Positions 37,381-50,190 of a DNA stretch of 64,000 bases are shown here, one piece after another. The stretch is taken from assembly GCF_023055435.1 (NCBI RefSeq), contig NW_025964223.1, positions 1,922,001 to 1,986,000 on the forward strand, in the 5' to 3' direction. The position numbers and the translations under genes are program-made. Numbering within the stretch: the first letter of the stretch is position 1; the number at the start of each line of letters is the position of its first letter. The notes below the pieces were generated by a model that did no database searches, had not been told where the DNA came from, and was given only the letters and a program-made list of their open reading frames with translations. Source of the DNA: Haliotis rufescens (Eukaryota).

Positions 37381-38445
37381 GTGGTGGAGACTGGATACAA
37401 CTTGAGCGTATGTGGTGGAGACTGGACACAACTTGAGGGTATGTGGTGGAGACTGGACACAACTTGAGGGTATGTGGTGGAGACTGGACACAACTTGAGG
37501 GTAAGTGGTGGAGACTGGACACAACTTGATGGTATGTGGTGGGGACTGGACACAACTTGAGGGTATGTGGTGGAGACTGGACACAACTTGAGGGTATGTG
37601 GTGGAGACTGAACACAACTTGAGGGTATGTGGTGGGGGTTGGGACTGGACACAACTTGAGGGTTTGTGGTGGGGGTGGGTACTGGACACAACTTGAGGGT
37701 ATGTGGTGGAGACTGGACACAACTTGAGGGTATGTGGTGGAGACTGGACACAACTTGAGAGTATGTGGTGGAGACTGGACACAACTTGAGAGTATATGGT
37801 GGAGACTGGACACAACTTGAGGGTATGTGGTGGAGACTGGACACAACTTGAGGGTAAGTGGTGGAGACTGGACACAACTTGATGGTATGTGGTGGGGACT
37901 GGACACAACTTGAGGGTATGTGGTGGAGACTGGACACAACTTGAGGGTATGTGGTGGAGACTGGACACAACTTGAGGGTATGTGGTGGAGACTGGACACA
38001 ACTTGAGGGTATGTGGTGGAGACTGGATACAACTTGAGGGTATGTGGTGGAGACTGGATACAACTTGAGCGTATGTGGTGGGGACTGGACACAACTTGAG
38101 GGTATGTGGTGGAGACTGGATACAACTTGAGCGTATGTGGTGGAGACTGGATACAACTTGAGGGTATGTGGTGGAGACTGGATACAACTTGAGGGTATGT
38201 GGTGGAGACTGGACACAACTTGAGGGTATGTGGTGGAGACTGGACACAACTTGAGAGTATGTGGTGGAGACTGGATACAACTTGAGCGTATGTGGTGGAG
38301 ACTGGACACAACTTGAGAGTATGTGGTGGAGACTGGACACAACTTGAGAGTATGTGGTGGAGACTGGACACAACTTGAGGGTATGTGGTGGAGACTGGAC
38401 ACAACTTGAGGGTATGTGGTGGGGGTTGGGACCGGACCCAACTTG
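37381..38445. repeat. 31-bp minisatellite upstream of gene C
   Basis: Unit gtggtggagactggacacaacttgagggtat. Confidence 0.97.
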
Positions 38446-38997
38446 AAGGTACGTTGTTAGGACTGGAATGGATCATTGAAATAATGTACTCACACATTTA
38501 ATAATGACACGACTGAAAAAAGCTCTTCAAACGCTGATGTAGGATTGAAAGGGTCAGGAGGAATTATCTGATTAAGTTTTCCTACCACCTGACATGCATG
38601 CCAAAAGTCTCAGAAAACTTGGAAACATCATGACGCAGACTAGTTTTGTGGGAAGCAAAATGAGTCTCCGCATAAACAACTGAAAAGGATAACTAACGAT
38701 GATAAACAACAATCACAAAACATTCAGAAGTTACAAAGAGAATTTTATATACACCTCGTCAAAAGGATCGCACCAAGGTTTTTGATAATCAGAAAAGAGA
38801 TTGGTAAGGAGAAGCTGGAAAGCGAAACTAAAGCAATGAAAACTGTTACTTGATGTCCAATAAGATGTTGATTTTATGACTAATAGGAAACATAAGCATT
38901 TGTAAAGAAAAACAAATTATTCGCAAGCGACTACAAGGACTGTAATTTGGGATCAATACTGGCTGTATAAGTAAGGTAACTGTCCATAATGAGATTG

Positions 38998-40090
38998 TGG
39001 CCACCCTGTACACGGATCACATTCGCAAGACGTTTTACATGCATAACATCAGACCCCTGATCCTCAACTGAGGGATGTGTTGCCATTCTTGATGCAGTGC
39101 CTAAGTCAATTCTTGGAGATTCTGCACTGGAGGGTGCCTGGCACAAAGCCTACCTCCCAACTGATCCCATAGATGATCCGTTAGATTTGGGTCTGGACTT
39201 CGAGAAGGCCAAAGCAGAGTCTCAATGGCGTTGTTCTGGTGATGGTCTGTCTCAGGAAGTGCTCAGTTGGATCGGGCACAGTCGTCCATGAAGACTGGAC
39301 GTGTGGCAAGTGCAAAGTTATCAACATGAGGCACAACAAAACCGTCCAATGTTGTATCTTCACTATCTTGGTACCTTTTCCATTTAATGTCCCCTGAACT
39401 GTGACTAAATCAAGTTTACAACCAAAGGAGCAACAACCCCGTACCATTCCCGAGCCGCCGCCACATGCTACTATTTCCTGGATGTTGCGCTGATGATAAG
39501 ATGTTCCTCTTTGGCTCCAGAGACGAGTCCTGCCATCAGTGCGTGGCTAAACAGTCCCGAATGTATTGGGGTGAGAGTCCAATTGGTCTTCTGATCCTTA
39601 ATCCTGTTTGTATTCATTCGACGCCTGGTGGTACTGAGGGACACTCTGTTGTGGGAAGAACAGTGCAAGTTGAAGTTGGCAGACGTTTTGTCATTTCTGG
39701 CACTAGTCTACCGTAGAAATCCCGATATCGGCCAGTTCCTAACATGTCCAGTCAATGGGTGTTTTTAAATGAGCCGATTGATTACCTTTTCGTTTATGTT
39801 CAACACGGTGGCAATAACTCGACATGATATGCCAGTTTGGTGCACGCCAGTGATTTGCCATCCTAGATTTTCTGGGACGTCATTAAACATGAATTTCTCT
39901 GTAGAGACCCCTAAGGTGTGCAAACGGCTCGCAGAAAGACACTCACAAGGTTGGGCAGTGTAGGAGGCTACCATTATACAGGCAGATGATGTGTCAACAC
40001 TCAGTGTACCATTTGAAAACCTCTACATTGAAAATAAACTCTCATTTACACATCAAACTGGGTGGTGCGATACTTTTGACGAGTTGTGTA
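38998..40090 (-). mobile_element. Degenerate Tc1/mariner transposon
   Basis: WQITGVHQTGISCRVIATVLNIN (HTH), TDGRTRLW...GGGSGMVRGCCSFGCKLDLVTVQGTLNG, VVPHVDN..LATRPVFMDD, ALHQEWQHIPQ...VIRVQGG; TIR-like end acttttgacgagttgtgta. Confidence 0.85.
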
Positions 40091-41026
40091 TATGTTTAAA
40101 CGCTCGTAAAAGTGCAACATTTTACTGCACGTTACTTTAGCTTCACTGAGCTGTCTTAAAGTGTGCATAGCGATAATCCGTGCGTTGATACAAGGTGAAT
40201 ACAGACGTGTGTGTTAAAGAGGGGTTCTCGGAAACAACTCAATCCGCTTGTCAATCACGTTATCATCAGTGGCCTCAGACATGCAATGCCAACTACTGAT
40301 TGACCTTGTCTTGTTCCGTGTGAACTCGTCCTCCTTCTTCATCAAACAACCAAGGCAAAATTCTCTGGAAATGATCTTGCTTAGCTCCAAACTGTAACAA
40401 CATGTCTGTGAGTATTCCACATTGTGTATGTTGTAGGCAGTGTCTAATTCATTCACTAAAACGTTCTCTTATGCATAGATATATTCACCACGTCCATGCA
40501 TAACATTTCAATTCATGGGCTGTTGAAATAATGATGTGAACTGACAGTCTACTCATTTGATTGGGTCGCTGACGAATATAAGACGTCAACACCAGAGGAA
40601 ACCAGACTCGGTTATCCGCGGAAACATATTCCATTGGGCGCAAGAGGCAAAATACATGTGGAAATTAGTCATGACACCAGGCAAAAAGGATAAGCCTACC
40701 GGTATCACAAACACACAATGTGCATAAAAAACGTAAGTATTTGTTGTCTGACACTCTGCAGCAGTACTGCGATGCGACGGCGGCCTGTAAACAAACCATT
40801 CAATCAAGTGATGGACCATAAAATCCACACACGATAAGCCAGGAACCGAAGCCTACATTTCAATACGACTCACAGATATCTGACAATCCCTAACAGGATA
40901 TGTATGAACTATAACACTCGTACGTCTAAATCTCAAACATAAAGAGTTCCAACATGACAAAACTCAACCTGAACTTTTTGATAATGGATGAGGTGAGTTT
41001 GAATGGGGTTTTACGTCACGTTTGGG

Positions 41027-41103
<77 letters not shown>

Positions 41104-43189
41104 ACATAGTTGCTTAGGGGCATGTTGGAAAAGACCACCCTCCAAGGACCTCTGGACTGAAGCTGATCAGGGTGGGTTGCTTTTGTCATTTGTTTTTTTA
41201 TGGTGACATCAACCAAGATTCCGCTGTATTTTACTGACTGGTGTGTGTTGCATGTTTGAGATTATTTCGCTCACCTACATACATGTGTGTGGCTGCTTGC
41301 TTGATGCTGCTTCTGGTTCAGACTCACTATACTGACTCATACACATAATACTGATTCTGAGCCGGCCAGTCCTTGTTTAATCCCCATAATGCCTTGCGCT
41401 AGGCAGGGTAACAACAAGTATCATGTTTTGACGTATTCTGGTATGAAGCGGAGAGGGAATCGAACCGTGGACTTTCCTCTGTCCAGGCAGAGGCTCTGTC
41501 CACTACCCCACGGAGGTGGTCGCAGTTCACAGGAGTTGATCGGAGTTTAAGAAATTGACTCTTGGGTTTAGTCATCTGTTCATTACACACCCAAACAATA
41601 AATAACTGCAGGGCTAACAAAATATTAATTTATTAAAAAACGATGTCATAAGAACAACATGAACAAGTATAAACGTTTTGGCTTGATAATATCACAAAAT
41701 GTAGAAATACGTGTACAAAATAGATTCATACAAAAATATTCATTGCTATGATCACGTGATAAGAGATGAATATAAATAGAAACATTATGGTGAAGCCTAC
41801 GTTAATACTTTGGGCCAGATTTGTTCCAACAAGATTAAAGAAACACAACCCATATTTCAAGTAGCACAAAGCTTGCTGCTACAATCATGAAAATGTCACA
41901 AAATGTAGACATACGAGTATATGTTAAAAGCATAGAAAGCATATACAGAGCTATAATCATGATGATAAGAAATGAATAGAAATAGAAATAATATCGCAAA
42001 GTCTGCTGTAATACTATCAGCAAAATAAAATAAACATATTTGTTCAAACATAACAAATATTTACAACATTGATAACAATGAAAATCATGAAAATATCACA
42101 TGGTGGATTGACAAACGTAACCAACAAACTCGACCGGGAACTATGACGGACACTGTATTAATAGACGTTCTATTTTCAGGCATGTCATAACAGATAAAAA
42201 AGAAACACGGTACACATTATGACTAAAACTGGTGAAGCAATATTACCTTCTTTGATGTGTTTGATACAACTGCCAACACACAATGCGTCATCACATACAG
42301 AAATGGGATATTTATACATAAAACTATTGCACTGAAGAGAGGCATGGAATGGACACAGAAAAAAAACACATGTTAAATCTCAACGTGTAATTGCTATGAG
42401 ATCATGATAACATAGGATTTAGTTGTGCAGTCGATCAATAAAGATTGCACTAATGCAAGTACTTAACTAACACAATCATTACAAACATTATTCCACACGG
42501 AATCAGTGTATAACTTACAAATGTGACACTGGAAGCCAGCACCGATTTAGTCCTTTGTTCATTACACACCTAAAAGATAAATAACTGAAGGATTAAAAAA
42601 AATAATTTCATCCAAAAAACACCCTATGACAACAACCATCAACTAGTATAACAGATTTGACATGGAAATATCACAAAATGTAGAAATATGTGTACATATT
42701 AGATAGAATTAAACACAAAATATGTATGGCAATGATCACGATGATAAGAGATAAATATAGGCAGAAACAATTCTGAAGCCTACGGTTATACTATCAGTCA
42801 GATTCATTCAAATAAGATTAAAGTAACACAACACATATTACAAATAGCACATAGAGGAGGCATATAATTCAGTTGGCATTCACAAAAGGCATTTGTTCTG
42901 TCATTAAGAGAATGAAAGCCCTTCCATATTCAAAAGAAGTCTCTGCTAAAAGAGGCGTCGACCGTAAGAATCAGACTCTATCACGAGTTTGTGTTTATGA
43001 AGCACTATCAAATAGTGACGACACCAGGTGTTTATGAATCACTATCAAATAGTGACGACACCAGGTGTTTATGAATCACTATCAAATAGTGACGATACCA
43101 GGTGTTCTCCAAAAATGGTTAGCGTGATGTCATACAGGCATATAACCTCATTTCATGTCACCCCTTGGATGCAACTCATCATGTTCGGG

Positions 43190-43968
43190 TTAAGGGTCAA
43201 AGCTGCAGTCTGGACAGTCAAGCTTCTTAGGAATTCCCTCCTTCTTGCTGCGTCCCCTCCCACGGACACGGACATGTTTAAAATACACCTTGTCCTCCCC
43301 ACACTTGTCCATCAAGCCCCTGATGTCGACATCCTCCGTGTACAGAAACTCCACATGGAACTTGTTGACAGACACCATCTTGAACGTCTTCGGAACATCT
43401 TTCTGTCTGGACATGGAACTTCTCGAGTATCCTCTAAGAATGTCTTCAACTTTTCGTGAGCATGATACAAACTGTGACATGAGTGTGGGGCCTTCTCTGA
43501 CAGTGAAAAATGGGTTGAGGTGCAAATCCAGTTCAGGAAGCCTCCCCTCACTGAATCTGTCTTCAGCTGATCCCCTCTTTGTGACCACAACTGTGACGTA
43601 ATGTGTTTCCTTGTGACAGTAAAAGTCTGAGAAGTACATCCTGGTGTCTGATGTGAACAGTTCCTCCACCGGGATGAAAAGACGTCTGTTTCCGAAGAAG
43701 GAGAAGTTCGGTATTTTCTTTTTGTTCTTTGATCCGCTGAAGAAGAGGCCATTGATTGTGTTGTTGATTGGACAATATGGGTCGCCATTGTTGTCCTTCA
43801 GGTACTTCTCCATCACTCCAGCTCTGTTGGACATGATGTTATCATAGTAGGACTCAGGTTTGTTGCGGTAGAACCTCGTAACATTATATCTGCCTGGAGT
43901 TTGCAGGTTCTTGGAACAAAAGGTCTTTGCTTTGTCCAGAAGCTGCTGGAGATCTGCCTTAGTATTGC
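43190..43968 (-). CDS. PHYHIPL: PHYHIP-like gene D, terminal exon (PHYHIP C-terminal domain)
   Basis: 779 nt; 8 nt differences from the gene C exon by manual comparison. Confidence 0.93.
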
Positions 43969-44202
43969 CTGTAAACAAGGGAGGAAAGGGGAATATTCAA
44001 AATAAACGTTAACTTTATGTATATTCACGTGACATATTCACAGGCAGGTATACAGTGAAATCTTTTTAATCATTGACATTTGACGACTTGAGCCGATTCT
44101 AGAACACACAACAACCTTTTCCTCTCTTTCCTCACCAAAACACAGTTGAAAGTGGAGTTTAAACTCACTTATTGTTGACAAATGAAAGCAAAGTCAACTT
44201 AC

Positions 44203-44512
44203 ATGTCTTGACAGTGATGGTGTCTGATCCACCAGTTGGTGTGTAGTCCTGACACACAGCTGACCGTTGTCCAGTTTGGTCCACACTGGAACCTGTGAGT
44301 CCCACGACCTTGACCTTGTAGTTGGTCCTGGACCGACAGACAGGCAGGAGTGGGATGCTGGCGCTGACCGGGGCAGACGACATCACAACGTACTCCTTCT
44401 GACTTCTCTCACAGAACACAACACACAGACCTGCCTCGCTGTCAGAAGGTCCTGTAGGCTTGAGGCTGTAGTCCAGTGGTGGCTTGTGTACCACCTCCAT
44501 CTCTAATCGATC
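44203..44512 (-). CDS. PHYHIPL: PHYHIP-like gene D, second FN3-like exon
   Basis: ttcag|GAT CGA TTA GAG ATG...ACA T|gtaagt; 310 nt. Confidence 0.87.
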
Positions 44513-44796
44513 CTGAAATTGACATTTTGTCATCAAAATGAAGGGTCTTCAATTTCTCAAACAAAGTTTGATAATTTCATATCCTGATAAAATACAGAAT
44601 ACCAAAGACAAAATCTCAATTTGTTTCCTTAAATGTGAGTCAAAACAGGGATATCCAATTAAAACTGAAGAATACATGTGTGTATCTATTCAGAACGTAT
44701 AGTAATACTCATGTTTTTAAATGCTTCTCGTCAGACTCTATGTGGCTGGACAACACAGACAGAACAAACGGCAAGACACGAGGACTCCTCACTCAC

Positions 44797-44861
44797 CTGA
44801 GTCTCCCCCAACAGGTGCATCACGTGACCAAGAGAGGAGAACCCACAACTCAAGTCCAACT
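44797..44861 (-). CDS. PHYHIPL: PHYHIP-like gene D, linker exon
   Basis: 65 nt, bounded by AG/GT, near-identical to 34983-35047. Confidence 0.8.
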
Positions 44862-45602
44862 CTGTGAAACAAAGAGGAAAACATTATTATTCTTATTGTT
44901 CATACATGTGAAGGAAATATGCCATGTATATGAACTTGAAATATTTTGCCCAAACATTCGTGTTTCACTGGGCTTCTGATTCAAATATCGGTGCATCTCC
45001 AAATGTCATGCACCACCCAAGTATCCTATAGTAAGTTCGAGTGTCTGTACAACAATACAAGGACATCAAAGGGCATGGTGTATGATATTAGTAAGGGAAA
45101 TGGCACAATACGTTTCCTGAAAATATATACAAGGGGTTGAGACATTTTGTAAGATCACATTTGTCATTTGCTTTGATAGACTACATATCCAAAAAACAAA
45201 ATTGTGTTCATTCCATGTATTGTGTCACAGTTTTGCTGTCAGATATGCACAGTAGACCCTCACAAGACCGGACCCTGTTCATAAATTTGTTAATCTAGAA
45301 TTTCTTTAAAAAGTACTGTCATGTTAGAAAATGTTTCATTGTGTAGTTAAGCTTCAAAACGTAGTGTTCCACCCTGTTCAGTGGGAGGGTGTTTGAGGAT
45401 CAAATGAAGACATGAAACAGGTTTTCTTCAGTCTAAGTGAAATGTTCTCAACAGACATACATTTAACCTGAATGAGATTAACATAACATAAATTCACCTA
45501 AAATTCTACTGATCAATTATGATTACAAAACAGTTATGACTTATATATAAGAACAGATCACGATTTCTGTATAATTTGTTAAATAAAACAATTTTCTCAT
45601 AC

Positions 45603-45915
45603 CTTGTGTCTGGTAAGTTGGAGAGATGACAAGTTTGCGAGTTGTTTCCACAGTATACGATGTTGCAAAGGGGTATCTGTCGCCGCTCTGTCCAGTGTCA
45701 ATCTTCAGTCCGAACACCTGGACTGTGACCAGATCCGGGACTGACCGCTCCATATCCTTGCCAGCCTTCAGAACAAACAGGTGCTTGAGTGACCCCCGTC
45801 GGTTGTTGACTGCAAGCATCACGTGGGATATATCCTTCCCACACTTGATGTGTACACTCAATACTGGACGGGAGTATTTATTTGTTTTCAGTGATATCCA
45901 CGATTCTGATGAATT
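45603..45915 (-). CDS. PHYHIPL: PHYHIP-like gene D, first FN3-like exon
   Basis: 313 nt, bounded by AG/GT, near-identical to 35857-36169. Confidence 0.83.
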
Positions 45916-46521
45916 CTGAAAAAACTAAGAAGACAAAACGAGCATGTTATTTTTGTCTGAAGTGAGGGTTGGATTAAAATCAGAATCAATACATTTCCTT
46001 GCATAATTTTAGATTTTCACTATCTAATGTCTAACTACAAGAATAATAGCCAATGAATATATAGCTGATCTGATGCTGTTTAAAACATTTACATGCATTT
46101 TCTAATTGAATTCTCAGGTGGTAACATTGTTATTTGATTGCACACATATAGTGACCAAGTAACCTGTTTGATGTTTTGAGAACAATTACGTTGAGGTAAG
46201 TACATGAATTGTGAACTATAGCGATCACTGTAAACAATACCTGTAATTACGAGTGTCAAAATGTAACAATATATGTTTGTCTTGACTAATAAAGTGATAT
46301 TAGACGTGCAGTAACTGCTGGGAAGAAAACCTTGAGAGGTAAGACACTTAGATACCACGATGCCTGTCAGTCCCTTGAATGCCACTTAAAGAGATTCCAG
46401 GTCTATTACAATAAACAATCCAATTTCTGTTAGACAATTATTGAAATCCTAACATATTATACTTGATGCACCAACAACATATTTTGATCAGAAGAATGAA
46501 AACTGCCCTTACCATGCTTAC

Positions 46522-46539
46522 ATGTCTATGTTCTTCCAT
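46522..46539 (-). CDS. PHYHIPL: PHYHIP-like gene D, start micro-exon (MEEHRH; alternative donor gives exon end at 46513)
   Basis: aagATGGAAGAACATAGACAT|gtaagcatg|gtaagg. Confidence 0.6.
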
Positions 46540-46638
46540 CTTGTTCAGTAGTATTCAATGATGTGAGTTCGTCATATCTTATATGCACAGCCCTGTCACT
46601 CCTATTGATAGCCAGGGGACTGCAGTGTGGGAAACTGC

Positions 46639-46662
46639 TGGTTTTCCCAAAGGGGATTCCCC
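46639..46662. promoter_or_regulatory. Paired kB/Rel sites upstream of gene D
   Basis: tggttttccc-aaa-ggggattcccc, identical to gene C. Confidence 0.6.
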
Positions 46663-47110
46663 TAAAGAAGCTTCTCGTCTGACCTTCATCTTGGCCTGGG
46701 AGGTGTTATTGGCGCTATCAGACTCATTACCAGACACAGGTGATCAGTGTGTGGATGTGTGTGTGTATTCATATAACATCCGGCTTGTATCTGACGGGTG
46801 TATTCAGATATTATGTATCATTTTGGTGTTTAACACTGCAGTCCAACCACACATGGACAAACTGCTATCAGCAGGTCATTGTAACCTGGTAATCCCGAAC
46901 TAATTTTAGAATAAGGTTACAACAGCTGAAAGTTAAATGCACTGCGCACAAAGAGCTTGCATCGTTTGACTGACGTTGAGTAGGATACCAAGATGTTATA
47001 GATACTGCTTGATCTTGTGTATATTGAAATTGGAATATCTATTTAATAGTTAGAATTTTATTTCAGAATGTCCATAAATTATGAAATCAGTCATTGTTGT
47101 TTTATAATAA

Positions 47111-50100
47111 GTGGTGGGGACTGGATACAATTTGAGGTTATGTGGTGGAGACTGGACACAACTTGAGGGTATGTGGTGGGGACTGGACACAACTTGAGGG
47201 TATGTGGTGGAGACTGGACACAACTTGAGGGTATGTGGTGGAGACTGGACACAACTTGAGAGTATGTGGTGGAGACTGGACACAACTTGAGGGTATGTGG
47301 TGGAGACTGGACACAACTTGAGGGTATGTGGTGGGGACTGGACACAACTTGAGGGTATGTGGTGGAGACTGGACACAACTTGAGGGTATGTGGTGGGGAC
47401 TGGACACAACTTGAGGGTATGTGGAGGGGACTGGACACAAGTTGAGGGTATGTGGTGGGGACTGGACACAACTTGAGGGTATGTGGTGGGGACTGGACAC
47501 AACTTGAGGGTATGTGGAGGGGACTGGACACAGCTTGAGGGTATGTGGTGGGGGTTGGGACTGGACGCAACTTGAGAGTATGTGGTGGAGACTGGACACA
47601 ACTTGAGGGTATGTGGTGGGGACTGGACACAACTTGAGGGTATGTGGTGGGGACTGGACACAACTTGAGGGTATGTGGAGGGGACTGGACACAGCTTGAG
47701 GGTATGTGGTGGGGGTTGGGACTGGACGCAACTTGAGAGTATGTGGTGGAGACTGGACACAACCTGAGGGTATGTGGTGGAGACTGAACACAACTTGAGG
47801 GTATGTGGTGGGGACTGGACACAACTTGAGAGTATGTGGTGGGGACTGGACACAACTTGAGGGTATGTGGTGGGGGTGGGGACTGGACACAACTTGAGGG
47901 TATGTGGTGGAGACTGGACACAACTTGAGGGTATGTGGTGGAGACTGGACACAACTTTAGGGTATGTGGTGGGGACTGGACACAACTTGAGGGTATGCGG
48001 TGATGACTGGACACAGCTTGAGGGTATGCGTTGAGGACTGGACACAACTTGAGGGTATGTGGTGGAGACTGGACACAACTTGAGGGTATGTGGTGGAGAC
48101 TGGACACAACTTGAGGGTATGTGGTGGGGACTGGACACAACTTGAGGGTATGTGGTGGAGACTGGACACAACTTGAGAGTATGTGGTGGAGACTGGACAC
48201 AACTTGAGGGTATGTGGTGGAGACTGGACACAACTTGAGGGTATGTGGTGGGGACTGGACACAACTTGAGGGTATGTGGTGGGGACTGGACACAACTTGA
48301 GGGTATGTGGTGGGGACTGGACACAGCTTGAGGGTATGTGGTGGGGGTTGGGACTGGACGCAACTTGAGAGTATGTGGTGGAGACTGGACACAACTTGAG
48401 GGTATGTGGTGGGGACTGGACACAACTTGAGAGTATGTGGTGGGGACTGGACACAACTTGAGGGTATGTGGTGGGGGTGGGGACTGGACACAACTTGAGA
48501 GTATGTGGTGGAGACTGGACACAACTTGAGGGTATGTGGTGGGGACTGGACACAACTTGAGGGTATGTGGTGGGGACTGGACACAACTTGAGGGAATGTG
48601 GTGGGGACTGGACACAACTTGAGGGTATGCGGTGAGGACTGGACACAGCTTGAGGGTATGCGTTGAGGACTGGACACAACTTGAGAGTATGTGGTGGAGA
48701 CTGGACAATACTTGAGGGTATGTGGTGGAGACTGGACACAACTTGAGAGTATGTGGTGGAGACTGGACACAACTTGAGGGTATGTGGTGGAGACTGGACA
48801 CAACTTGAGGGTATGTGGTGGGGACTGGACACAACTTGAGGGTATGTGGTGGGGACTGGACACAACTTGAGGGTATGTGGTGGGGACTGGACACAGCTTG
48901 AGGGTATGTGGTGGGGACTGGACACAGCTTGAGGGTATGTGGTGGGGACTGGACACAGCTTGAGGGTATGTGGTGGGGGTTGGGACTGGACACAACTTGA
49001 GCGTATGTGGTGGAGACTGGACACAACCTGAGGGTATGTGGTGGAGACTGAACACAACTTGAGGGTATGTGGTGGGGACTGGACACAACTTGAGAGTATG
49101 TGGTGGGGACTGGACACAACTTGAGGGTATGTGGTGGGGGTGGGGACTGGACACAACTTGAGGGTATGTGGTGGAGACTGGACACAACTTGAGGGTATGT
49201 GGTGGAGACTGGACACAACTTGAGGGTATGTGGTGGGGACTGGACACAACTTGAGGGTATGTGGTGGGGACTGGACACAACTTGAGGGTATGTGGTGGGG
49301 ACTGGACACAACTTGAGGGTATGTGGTGGAGACTGGACACAACTTGAGAGTATGTGGTGGAGACTGGACACAACCTGAGGGTATGTGGTGGGGACTGGAC
49401 ACAACTTGAGGGTATGTGGTGGGGACTGGACACAACTTGAGGGTATGTAGTGGGGACTGGACACAACTTGAGGGTATGTGGTGGGGACTGGACACAACTT
49501 GAGGGTATGTGGTGGGGGTTGGGACTGGACACAACTTGAGAGTATGTGGTGGAGACTGGACACAACTTGAGGGTATGTGGTGGGGACTGGACACAGCTTG
49601 AGGGTATGTGGTGGGGGTTGGGACTGGACACAACTTGAGGGTATGTGGTGGGGACTGGACACAACTTGAGGGTATGTGGTGGGGACTGGACACAACTTGA
49701 GGGTATGCGGTGAGGACTGGACACAACTTGAGGGTATGTGGTGGAGACTGGACACAACTTGAGAGTATGTGGTGGAGACTGGACACAACTTGAGGGTATG
49801 TGGTGGGGACTGGACACAGCTTGAGGGTATGTGGTGGGGGTTGGGACTGGACACAACTTGAGGGTATGTGGTGGGGACTGGACACACCTGTGTATGGGGA
49901 GGGTGGGGGTGGAGGGGGTGGGGGTGGACTGGACACACCTGTGTATGGGGAGGGTGGGGGTGGAGGGGGGGTGGACTGGACATACCTGTGTATGGGGAGG
50001 GTGGGGGTGGAGGGGGGGTGGACTGGACACACCTGTGTATGGGGAGGGTGGGGGTGGAGGGGGGGTGGACTGGACACACCTGTGTATGGGGAGGGTGGGG

Positions 50101-50190
50101 GTGGAGGGGGGGTGGACTGGACACACCTGTGTATGGGGAGGGTTGGGGTGGGGACTGGACACACCTGTGTATTGGGAGGGTGGGGGTAGT
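47111..50190. repeat. 31-bp minisatellite upstream of gene D, grading into a ~47-bp G-rich unit (49880-50190)
   Basis: Same unit as 37381-38445; terminal unit tggactggacacacctgtgtatggggagggtgggggtggaggggggg. Confidence 0.97.

Larger units (their letters stand above)
28580..49880. repeat. Tandem segmental duplication (unit C ~28580-38445; unit D ~38560-49880)
   Basis: Collinear homology of flanks, Tc1 remnant, SINE, 3' region, all exons and introns, promoter and upstream minisatellite. Confidence 0.9.
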
